From positions 1-41,912 of the forward strand of contig NIVC01001663.1 in assembly GCA_002269645.1 (NCBI GenBank): DNA of 41,912 nt, in the 5' to 3' direction. Shown piece after piece: positions 11,361 to 22,361 of the stretch. Under the pieces are notes generated by a model. The model worked only from the letters and a program-made list of their open reading frames with translations. It made no database searches and had not been told where the DNA came from. Numbering within the stretch: the stretch's first letter is position 1; each line of letters opens with the position of its first letter. Source of the DNA: Macrostomum lignano (lineage: Eukaryota). The position numbers and the translations under genes were made by a program.

Positions 11361-12511
11361 TTATCCGATTCAATCAACCCAATCTAAGCTAACAAGATGA
11401 GAAGTCAGAGTCCGGATAGAATTATCAACTTAGCTCGTAAAGCAGCTTAAAATTTTATGCAACACTTCGTTGAAAAACATGTTATTTGTATTCGAAAGAA
11501 AAAAAACAACTAATCAGTAAATTAGAGGGAATTAGAGAATTAAGTTCAGTATTATAATAACAGGCTTAAAGTGTTTTTTACTTTTTAAAATGTGTAAAAT
11601 TGAACGCACAAATGTTCAAACAGGTTTTATTTGGTCATAATTTTGGAATGAAACGCATGGACACGCTGTATAGAAAAAAACACTGAGTCTATGCTAATTT
11701 TTGTTGAACAGATAAACAAAAAAGAGTGGGGGTGGACGGCTTGTTGCTCAGCTCTGCGAACTGTGGTAAGTTAAAGAAAGTGCCGGACTTACTTTATTAC
11801 TAACTACTAACTTATTTATATAAAAAATACAAAGTATTTTGTTGGTCAAAACACATACTAGATTATTAGATATGTCACTCGCAATTAAAATTGGGAAAAA
11901 AGCAGAGCGTCTACTCTTTTCTCAGTAGTTTGCCTGCACAATGCCACTAAAATTTACTTTCCTTCTTTGGCCGGGGTTTGCGAGCATTAACTTGATGTTC
12001 AACTCAGCCTAGGGCAAGCCAATCTAGCTCAACCAATGAGAGAGCAGAAAGGAGAGAAGTTAAAGTCAGACGGACGAAACTTAGCCTCAGCCCTCAGGGG
12101 GGTGGGGCAGGCCCAGTCTAGCTCAGCCAATGAGAGAGCAGTAAGGAGAGTGGTCAAAGTCAGGCAGACACAAGCGTTTTTTTCAAGTTTGAAAAGGTTT
12201 TTTCAAGTTTTACTTTAATAGTCAGCCCTACATGTAAACTTATTTGTGTTTTTTTTATATTTATTTTAGTTTTACTAATATGGAGACAAAAATGCTAATT
12301 CCACTACTGAAAAACAGTAGGATAGCGTAGTTTTGCGAGTGAAATATCTAAATATACTTCTAGTAGCTATTCTTGAATCTGTGGTCAAAACACATAAAAA
12401 TAGGGGTAAGCTATGGAGCAAAATTTTTTTTAGAGTTGAAATAAATTTCAGAAGTAAAAATCAAAACGAGTCACAGGAGGCACGCTGTTTGGCTAGCCAA
12501 ACACAGGCGAA

Positions 12512-12681
12512 TCAGATGGCCAGGCCGAACACGGTGACAATGACGTGCATTGTCTTATTCTCCCATTTGATGGTGCAGGAGCCGTCAGTCTGGTTGTCCC
12601 AGTAGCAGGATGAGGCCGTATGCAGGCCAGCCCCGTTCTTTTGCATGATCACGCAGTTAGCCACGTACTTGAACGGCTTGC
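12512..12681 (-). CDS. DYNLT1: Dynein light chain Tctex-type, coding exon 2 (to TGA)
   Basis: Acceptor CTCGCAG| at 12682, phase 1. [56 protein letters not shown] closely follows the Tctex-1 C-terminal half. DYNLT1 versus DYNLT3 not resolved. Confidence 0.95.
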
Positions 12682-12789
12682 CTGCGAGTAGAGTTGGGAA
12701 AATGCCCCTGCTGATGCCATTCAGTGTCATTGCTAGAGCTGTGGTAGACGCTACTGTACTCCCTAGATCATTGGTAAACAATACCCATT

Positions 12790-14247
12790 GGTAGATACTA
12801 CGGCACTCCTAAATCAATAGTAGACACTCCCGCATTCCTATACTAATAGTAGACACTACGGCACTCCTATACCAATAGTAGAAACTACCGGTAGTATACC
12901 GCACTCCTATTCCAATAGTAGAAACTACCGGTAGTATACCGCACTCCTATACCAATAGTAGACACTACCGCACTGCTATACCAATAGTAGAAACTACCGC
13001 ACTCCTATACCAATAGTAGAAACTACCGGTAGTATACCGCACTCCTATACCAATAGTAGAAACTACCGGTAGTATACCGCACTCCTATTCCAATAGTAGA
13101 AACTACCGGTAGTATACCGCACTCCTATACCAATAGTAGACACTACCGCACTCCTATACCAATAGTAGAAACTACCGGTAGTATACCGCACTCCTATACC
13201 AATAGTAGAAACTACCGGTAGTATACCGCACTCCTATACCAATAGTAGAAACTACCGGTAGTATACCGCACTCCTATTCCAATAGTAGAAACTACCGGTA
13301 GTATACCGCACTCCTATACCAATAGTAGACACTACCGCACTGCTATACCAATAGTAGAAACTACCGCACTCCTATTCCAATAGTAGAAACTACCGGTAGT
13401 ATACCGCACTCCTATACCAATAGTAGAAACTACCGGTAGTATACCGCACTCCTATACCAATAGTAGAAACTACCGGTAGTATACCGCACTCCTATTCCAA
13501 TAGTAGAAACTACCGGTAGTATACCGCACTCCTATACCAATAGTAGAAACTACCGGTAGTATACCGCACTCCTATTCCAATAGTAGAAACTACCGGTAGT
13601 ATACCGCACTCCTATACCAATAGTAGAAACTACCGGTAGTATACCGCACTCCTATACCAATAGTAGAAACTACCGCACTCCTATACCAATAGTAGAAACT
13701 ACCGGTAGTATACCGCACTCCTATACCAATAGTAGAAACTACCGGTAGTATACCGCACTCCTATTCCAATAGTAGAAACTACCGGTAGTATACCGCACTC
13801 CTATACCAATAGTAGACACTTCCGCACTCCTATACCAATAGTAGACACCACCGCCGCACTACTATACCAATAGTAGACACCACCGCCGCACTACTATACC
13901 AATAGTAGACACCACCGCCGCACTCCTATACCAATAGTAGACACTACCGCACTGCTATACCAATAGTAGACACTACCGCACTCCTATATCAATAGTAGAC
14001 ACTTCCGCACTCCTATACCAATAGTAGACACTTCCGCACTCCTATACCAATAGTAGAAACTACCGCACTCCTATATCAATAGTAGACACTTCCGCACTCC
14101 TATACCAATAGTAGAAACTACCGCACTCCTATATCAATAGTAGACACTTCCGCACTCCTATACCAATAGTAGACACCACCGCCGCACTCCTATACCAATA
14201 GTAGACACTACCGCCGCACTACTATACCAATAGTAGACACTACCGCA
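12790..14247. repeat. Intronic minisatellite with 29-, 32- and 40-bp unit variants
   Basis: Base 29-mer CCGCACTCCTATACCAATAGTAGAAACTA. The 40-mer adds CCGGTAGTATA; the 32-mer adds CCG. Fills most of the DYNLT intron. Confidence 0.95.
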
Positions 14248-14301
14248 CCTTATTTTCCACCCAAATGATGACTAGGCAATAAGCTAAAACACTGCACTTA
14301 C

Positions 14302-14467
14302 CCAGCTTAGTGAGCTGATTGAGACAGTGCTCAATGATGCTAGAAGTCCACTGATTGACCTTGTTCTGCTGAAACTGACTGGTGCCGATGCAAGTTTCAA
14401 CGCCCTCCTTAATAATCTGGGACACTTCGTCAACGCTGAATGTGTTCTCCTCAGACAGATCGTCCAT
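14302..14467 (-). CDS. DYNLT1: Dynein light chain Tctex-type, coding exon 1
   Basis: ATG at 14467. MDDLSEENTFSVDEVSQIIKEGVETCIGTSQFQQNKVNQWTSSIIEHCLNQLTKL, donor GTAAGT at 14301. 166+170 nt gives 111 aa plus stop. Confidence 0.93.
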
Positions 14468-14630
14468 GACAGATTCTTTAGGCGATTTGCAACTGAAAAT
14501 CCCAATGGTTGTGTCGAGATGGTAAAGATACATTAGTAGAATACAAAAATGCCTATGTATTAATATGATAGGAGCTTCTGCGCCACTTTTTGGCTTTAGT
14601 ATCTACCCGTTTATCATGGGTGCAGGTGTA

Positions 14631-15044
14631 CTAATATCCCATGTGACAGGGCACTAATATCCCGTGTGACAGGGCACTAATATCCCGTGTGACAGGGTAC
14701 TAATATCCCGTGTGACAGGGCACTAATATCCCATGTGACAGGGCACTAATATCCCGTGTGACAGGGCACTAATATCCCGTGTGACAGGGTACTAATATCC
14801 CGTGTGACAGGGCACTAATATCCCATGTGACAGGGCACTAATATCCCGTGTGACAGGGCACTAATATCCCGTGTGACAGGGTACTAAAATCCCGTGTGAC
14901 AGGGCACTAATATCCCATGTGACAGGGTACTAATATCCCGTGTGACAGGGTACTAATATCCCGTGTGACAGGGCACTAATATCCCGTGTGACAGGGTACT
15001 AATATCCCGTGTGACAGGGCACTAATATCCCGTGTGACAGGGCA
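14631..15044. repeat. 23-bp minisatellite A (CTAATATCCCGTGTGACAGGGCA), 18 copies
   Basis: Tandem array read directly. Confidence 0.95.
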
Positions 15045-16629
15045 CTAATATCACAGGTGCCAGTGTGCTAATATCACAGGTGCCAGTGTGCTAATATCAC
15101 GGGTGCCAGTGTGCTAATATCACGGGTGCCAGTGTGCTAATATCACGGGTGCCAGTGTGCTAATATCACAGGTGCCAGTGTACTAATATCACAGGTGCCA
15201 GTGTGCTAATATCACAGGTGCCAGTGTGCTAATATCACGGGTGCCAGTGTGCTAATATCACGGGTGCCAGTGTGCTAATATCACAGGTGCCAGTGTGCTA
15301 ATATCACGGGTGCCAGTGTGCTAATATCACGGGTGCCAGTGTGCTAATATCACGGGTGCCAGTGTGCTAATATCACAGGTGCCAGTGTGCTAATATCACG
15401 GGTGCCAGTGTGCTAATATCACGGGTGCCAGTGTGCTAATATCACGGGTGCCAGTGTGCTAATATCACGGGTGCCAGTGTGCTAATATCACAGGTGCCAG
15501 TGTACTAATATCACAGGTGCCAGTGTGCTAATATCACAGGTGCCAGTGTGCTAATATCACGGGTGCCAGTGTGCTAATATCACGGGTGCCAGTGTGCTAA
15601 TATCACGGGTGCCAGTGTGCTAATATCACGGGTGCCAGTGTGCTAATATCACGGGTGCCAGTGTGCTAATATCACGGGTGCCAGTGTGCTAATATCACAG
15701 GTGCCAGTGTGCTAATATCACGGGTGCCAGTGTGCTAATATCACGGGTGCCAGTGTGCTAATATCACGGGTGCCAGTGTGCTAATATCACAGGTGCCAGT
15801 GTGCTAATATCACGGGTGCCAGTGTGCTAATATCACGGGTGCCAGTGTGCTAATATCACGGGTGCCAGTGTGCTAATATCACAGGTGCCAGTGTGCTAAT
15901 ATCACGGGTGCCAGTGTGCTAATATCACAGGTGCCAGTGTGCTAATATCACAGGTGCCAGTGTGCTAATATCACGGGTGCCAGTGTGCTAATATCACGGG
16001 TGCCAGTGTGCTAATATCACGGGTGCCAGTGTGCTAATATCACGGGTGCCAGTGTGCTAATATCACGGGTGCCAGTGTGCTAATATCACGGGTGCCAGTG
16101 TGCTAATATCACGGGTGCCAGTGTGCTAATATCACAGGTGCCAGTGTGCTAATATCACGGGTGCCAGTGTGCTAATATCACGGGTGCCAGTGTGCTAATA
16201 TCACGGGTGCCAGTGTGCTAATATCACGGGTGCCAGTGTGCTAATATCACAGGTGCCAGTGTGCTAATATCACGGGTGCCAGTGTGCTAATATCACAGGT
16301 GCCAGTGTGCTAATATCACAGGTGCCAGTGTGCTAATATCACGGGTGCCAGTGTGCTAATATCACGGGTGCCAGTGTGCTAATATCACGGGTGCCAGTGT
16401 GCTAATATCACGGGTGCCAGTGTGCTAATATCACGGGTGCCAGTGTGCTAATATCACGGGTGCCAGTGTGCTAATATCACGGGTGCCAGTGTGCTAATAT
16501 CACGGGTGCCAGTGTGCTAATATCACGGGTGCCAGTGTGCTAATATCACAGGTGCCAGTGTGCTAATATCACGGGTGCCAGTGTGCTAATATCACGGGTG
16601 CCAGTGTGCTAATATCACGGGTGCCAGTG
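15045..16629. repeat. 23-bp minisatellite B (CTAATATCACGGGTGCCAGTGTG), about 69 copies
   Basis: Tandem array, in register with array A. Confidence 0.95.
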
Positions 16630-17077
16630 AGTACTATATGACAGGCATGAGAGATTAGTTCCCGTGCATTAAATTATCTTAGCTAAACAATAAACAGTAA
16701 AATAATAAAATTAGCTACTACTTTGAAACTTTTGAACAAACAAAGTATTACAGATTTGAAGTAGTTTTATTATTTTTGAAATTTCAAAATAACTAAACGC
16801 TTGAAAGCGGTTGCCTATTACACAATATAACCGAATAATAGTTGACAAGAATTCCAATTAATTATTCATACTTTTATAATGGTATGACTTGAAAGAAGGA
16901 CACAATAAATGCTAAAAAACCAACTGCCCTTTTGCGTAATTGAAAACTGGAAGCATTTTGACCTTCAAAAAGCAGCACTTCAAAAACTGAAAGCACTGAT
17001 AATTGATCCATTCAAGTAAAAAAATCAAATTAAAACTAATTCAATGCTTTAGTAAACGCTTAAAAAGCAGTTGTAAA

Positions 17078-18982
17078 CAATTGATTGGATTCTGACACTG
17101 GAATCTACCGAATTGATTGGATTCTGACACTGGAGTTTACCCAATTGATTGGATTCTGACACTGGAATCTATCCAATTGATTGGATTCTGACACTGGAAT
17201 CTACCCAATTGATTGGATTCTGACACTGGAGTTTACCCAATTGATTGGATTCTGACACTGGAATCTACCCAATTGATTGGATTCTGACACTGGAATCTAT
17301 CCAATTGATTGGATTCTGACACTGGAATCTACCCAATTGATTGGATTCTGACACTGGAATCTATCCAATTGATTGGATTCTGACACTGGAATCTATCCAA
17401 TTGATTGGATTCTGACACTGGAATCTACCCAATTGATTGGATTCTGACACTGGAATCTACCGAATTGATTGGATTCTGACACTGGAGTTTACCCAATTGA
17501 TTGGATTCTGACACTGGAATCTATCCAATTGATTGGATTCTGACACTGGAATCTACCCAATTGATTGGATTCTGACACTGGAGTTTACCCAATTGATTGG
17601 ATTCTGACACTGGAATCTACCCAATTGATTGGATTCTGACACTGGAATCTATCCAATTGATTGGATTCTGACACTGGAATCTACCCAATTGATTGGATTC
17701 TGACACTGGAATCTATCCAATTGATTGGATTCTGACACTGGAATCTACCCAATTGATTGGATTCTGACACTGGAGTTTACCCAATTGATTGGATTCTGAC
17801 ACTGGAATCTACCCAATTGATTGGATTCTGACACTGGAATCTACCCAATTGATTGGATTCTGACACTGGAATCTACCCAATTGATTGGATTCTGACACTG
17901 GAATCTACCCAATTGATTGGATTCTGACACTGGAATCTACCCAATTGATTGGATTCTGACACTGGAATCTACCCAATTGATTGGATTCTGACACTGGAAT
18001 CTACCCAATTGATTGGATTCTGACACTGGAATCTACCCAATTGATTGGATTCTGACACTGGAATCTACCCAATAGATTGGATTCTGACACTGGAATCTAC
18101 CCAATTGATTGGATTCTGACACTGGAATCTACCCAATTGATTGGATTCTGACACTGGAATCTACCCAATTGATTGGATTCTGACACTGGAATCTATCCAA
18201 TTGATTGGATTCTGACACTGGAATCTATCCAATTGATTGGATTCTGACCCTGGAATCTACCGAATTGATTGGATTCTGACACTGGAATCTACCCAATTGA
18301 TTGGATTCTGACACTGGAATCTACCCAATTGATTGGATTCTGACCCTGGAATCTATCCAATTGATTGGATTCTGACACTGGAATCTACCCAATTGATTGG
18401 ATTCTGACACTGGAATCTATCCAATTGATTGGATTCTGACCCTGGAATCTACCCAAATTGATTGGATTCTGACCCTGGAATCTACCCAATTGATTGGATT
18501 CTGACACTGAAATCTATCCAATTGATTGGATTCTGACCCTGGAATCTAACCAATTGATTGGATTCTGACACTGGAATCTACCCAATTGATTGGATTCTGA
18601 CACTGAAATCTAACCAATTGATTGGATTCTGACACTGGAATCTACCCAATTGATTGGATTCTGACACTGAAATCTAACCAATTGATTGGATTCTGACCCT
18701 GGAATCTATCCAATTGATTGGATTCTGACCCTGGAATCTACCCAATTGATTGGATTCTGACACTGGAGTTTACCCAATTGATTGGATTCTGACACTGGAA
18801 TCTACACAATTGATTGGATTCTGACACTGGAATCTACCCAATTGATTGGATTCTGACACTGAAATCTAACCAATTGATTGGATTCTGACCCTGGAATCTA
18901 TCCAATTGATTGGATTCTGACCCTGGAATCTACCCAATTGATTGGATTCTGACACTGGAGTTTACCCAATTGATTGGATTCT
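17078..18982. repeat. 32-bp minisatellite (AATTGATTGGATTCTGACACTGGAATCTACCC), about 59 copies
   Basis: Tandem array with a few recurring point variants. Confidence 0.97.
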
Positions 18983-19250
18983 AAACCCTAGAGTCTACCT
19001 AGTCTATTGGATTGCTTTGGAGATTCTGACTGGAATCAGCTGTAGAGTCAATCGATATATTATGTCAGAAACATACAGCCTACGAAATATTCCACGTATC
19101 CCTCGAAATTTTAATTTAAAACAAATAAATGACTATTCGCCAGCAACGCTACTGTTCAGTAGTAACAGAAGCACGAGCATGCAAAAAAGGAAACAACCAG
19201 AGAGGGACAAGTACAAGGTAATATAAGGTAATATAAGTGAAACTAGTTAT

Positions 19251-19867
19251 TCAGTGCGCAAACATCAGCCGCAGCCCGATGGTATTGCCATCCGGCATCA
19301 GAGTGAGCAGGCAGCCAGATGAGAATCGCATAGCTGGCAAATGATTAGTGTCTGAGCTGTCCAAGTATTTCCAAGTCAGGCTAGCTATGAGCTGCTGCTG
19401 GGCCCCGCTAGACTGGCAGATTCGGTAGTGCAGCAGGCCGGTTGTGACGCAATCATGCACCAGCCGGCAGCGGGAGCAAACCAGTGAGCAGGTCAGCTTG
19501 TGCTGCTCAATCTGGTGCTTGGCGCAGGCCGCAGCGTCGGAGAACTGCTGCACACAGTCGGCTACTGGGCAGCCGAATGCGCGAGTACTGACTGAGGGAT
19601 TGCCCAGCAGCTGCATAGCAACCAGCACCAGCTGGCAGGGCTTGTTGTTAATCAGGCCACGCTGCCGGATGATGCCGAGCAAGTTGGAACAATTCGGTAG
19701 GCTCCAAGCGAACGGGATGGCGAATCGGTGACAGAACCGGCAGACGGCGACAAAGGCGAAGGCGAGGGGCGAACTGACGGCGCCGGTGGGTGGAGGAGGC
19801 TGGCTGGTCCTAGACCGGACAATGTCGCACACCTGCAAGCAGGGAGCAAAGTCATTTTTTATTACAC
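19251..19867 (-). CDS. Putative terminal exon of an uncharacterised C2H2-like zinc-finger protein
   Basis: Open frame containing FGCPVADCVQQFSDAAACAKHQIEQH and CSRCRLVHDCVTTGLLHYRIC. The in-frame acceptor at 19868 lacks a good pyrimidine tract, so the 5' boundary is uncertain. Confidence 0.5.
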
Positions 19868-20003
19868 CTGCCTAAATTGCGCGGCGCATCTGAAGGCTGC
19901 TGCGTACGGCTGTTCAGTCCAAGGACTCTCAATTACCCCAGCTAATGCTGGCACCCATTTTACAAAACTTATCAGCTTAGTAATAAAAAAGCAAATCTCG
20001 CAC

Positions 20004-21519
20004 CTGTAACAACGGAGTTTCTTCGAGCCAGGCAAAACAGTTTATTGTACAGAAGACAGCGCGCCATACAATCCCCTGTCAGTAGGCAGCTCTCGCCCGA
20101 TGCGATATTCCTGACGCACAACAGAGGTCCGCTAGTGGTGATCGGATGAGCAGAAAATGCATGAACAATCAGTGAGGCTAATGAGCCCATGGACAGGTTG
20201 GACTCCCAGCTGTCTGTGCAGGTGTGGCAAGTCAGGCGAAGAGAGGCAAGGTCAACCCAGCCAGACGGCAAGGTGAGGCAGTAGTGGCCGGCATTGGATA
20301 CACTCGAGTGCCACAGGGCGGCGGGCGGGCCGTCGCTAACTTGACGGCAAGAAAGGCAAACGTAAATTACTGAGCTACCGCTAAGGCAGCGCAGCAGCAT
20401 GCCGCGGCTGATCTCATTATTTCTCAGCAGGAGCTGCACACTTTGCTGCGGCTGCTGTTGCTGCAGCAAGTGCTGGAGTATTCGCCGCTGCTGCAGCTGA
20501 AACACTTCTACTCGTTGTAGGTCTTGCTGTGGTGACAGCTGAGACGGTTGAGTCTGCACCTGCTGCTGTGGTTGCTGCGGCCGTTGCTGTGGTTGCTGGG
20601 GCTGTTGCTGGGGCTGCTGTGGTTGCTGCGGCCGTTGCTGTGGTTGCTGGGGCTGTTGCTGTGGTTGCTGCGGCTGTTGCTGTGGCTGCTGCTGTGGTTG
20701 CTGTGGTTCCTGCGGCTGTTGCTGTGGCTGCTGCTGTGGTTGCTGTGGTTGCTGCGGCTGCTGCAAATGCAGCGAGTCGGTAGCAATCAGCACCTGCAAT
20801 GAGCTTTCAAGCGCTGTTTGCTGTCCCCGTGCTGACGTCGAAGACTTGCTAGTAGATTCCGCAGCCACTGTTCGAGGCTCTTCATCTTCGTCGCTAAGCA
20901 AATTGATAAACTCCTCCTCGCCACGCCTGACCGGCTTGCTTAGGAAAGATTTCAAACTGAATTGGCCGTAATTTTCATCGCGATCTGGAGATTCACCGAG
21001 GTGTTGACGTGGTGAGCAAGCAATAGTCAATGGTGGTGGTGGCGGTGGGTGTTTTGGCACAGTCGCTGTTGATACCACAGGCGGCGGCAGTGGGTGATGT
21101 GACGAAGCCGCTGTCGGTAACTGAGGCCGTGGCGGTGAATGATATGACGAAGCCGCTGTCGACACCAAAGAAGACGGTGGGTGTTGTGACGAAGCCGCTG
21201 TCGACACCAAAGAAGACGGTGGGTGTTGTGATGAAGTCGCTGTCGACACCGAAGAAGGCGGTGGGTGTTGTGACGAAGCCGCTGTCGACACCGAAGAAGG
21301 CGATGGGTGTTGTGACGAAGCCGCTGTCGACACCGGAGGCATCATCGGTGGCGGAGCGAGCAAAGCTAGGAAAGACTCTATACCGGTAGATTCGTCTTGG
21401 TTTTCACTAGCGGAAGCGGCCGCAGTTGAAGCCAGAGCTAGCGAGCTACGCTGCCTGCCAGGAGTTTTCCAGCACCGATATCGAGTCAATACGCCACCAA
21501 ATGGCCTTCTGCGGCTCTC
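20004..21519 (-). CDS. Large exon of the uncharacterised Q/P/S-rich protein with CxxC...H motifs
   Basis: Acceptor TTTTGCCACAG| at 21520, phase 0, in frame with the 542-aa ORF. Contains 14-aa repeats, a polyQ/P tract, and VCLSCRQ and LTCHTC...VHAFSAH motifs. Donor at 20003 is tentative. Confidence 0.65.
20545..20770 (-). repeat. Coding imperfect trinucleotide repeat (QQP/QPQ tract)
   Basis: CAG/CAA/CCA runs encoding QQPQQPQQQPQ... Confidence 0.85.
21050..21345 (-). repeat. Coding 42-bp tandem repeat (VSTAASSQHPPSSx), about 7 copies
   Basis: Repeated gtgacgaagccgctgtcgacacc on the plus strand; 14-aa unit in the long ORF. Confidence 0.85.
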
Positions 21520-21604
21520 CTGTGGCAAAATGGTGAATAAAAACGCGAAATTGTATTTTCTATAAGTGTAGACAGGAATGCTACAGAATACTACACACAC
21601 CTAC

Positions 21605-22009
21605 CTGTACAGCCTCTTCAAACGTCATGTGCATCAGATCGCGGCAGGCAGCTTCTATGCGCCACTTAAACGTTGCTTCCTGGCCCCGAAGACAACAATT
21701 GGACATCCCTCGTTTAGACATCGTCAGCCAGGAGTCAAATAGCGGCTTTGGCAAATTGGAATTCAATTGCCGGTCTGCGTCTTCGCTATCATAGTGACAA
21801 CTGCTGCCGTTACTACCGAATTCGATATTCTTGCACTTTTCATCATCGTCGGCAGAGACCACTAACGAAGCGAGTTCTGCGGAGGACTCGCTATCCGCGT
21901 CGTCTAAATCAACAGAAAGCTGCTCAATTGTCTGCCGGAGCAGTTTGGGTCCGCCTGGCCCCACTGACTGCAGACAGCAACGTTTAGCGGACATTGATGG
22001 AGTCCGTAG
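21605..22009 (-). CDS. Internal exon of the uncharacterised protein
   Basis: Acceptor TTCTTACAG| at 22010 and donor GTAGGT at 21604; 405 nt, phase 0/0, in frame with the 137-aa ORF. Confidence 0.65.
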
Positions 22010-22181
22010 CTGTAAGAATAAGCGAAACAGTTAATATTGAGTCTAGACAAACACCTTTGGTTTTTAACTAGACTTTTTATTGACAGCTGTTAATAACCCT
22101 TAAATTGAGCATTTACTCAACTACATGTACCTAACAGATTATAAAAGAAATCAGGGGTTGTAAACAATAGAAATTGCTTAC

Positions 22182-22361
22182 CTTCAGTTTTAGCTTAAGG
22201 CCATCTGCTGATGCTGACACAGGTAAAATAGGCACATCAGCTGCCTTCATCATGGAATTAACACTGTTGACACTATCTGCTGGCAAAAACTCAGTGGCAT
22301 TAAGCTGGCCTAATGCTAAGTTATCTTCATTGCTGGAGTCCTCAGCTGCTGACAGGTTCAT
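22182..22361 (-). CDS. Probable first coding exon of the uncharacterised protein
   Basis: ATG at 22361 (MNLSAAEDSS...GLKLKLK), donor GTAAGC at 22181, phase 0 matching the next exon. Further upstream exons cannot be excluded. Confidence 0.55.

Noticed and set aside
11655-11672. TGGACACGCTGTATA, a Tc1/mariner-like right end
   Set aside because: Solo end; no matching left TIR seen.
20508-21389. Alternative-frame and antisense ORFs (AAVVA, LLWLL, SNHS, TKPLSTPKK)
   Set aside because: Shadows of the coding repeats in the long minus-strand exon.
8551-22361. Three co-oriented genes as a possible trans-spliced operon
   Set aside because: Intergenic distances are 1.6 and 4.8 kb and no spliced-leader evidence is visible.
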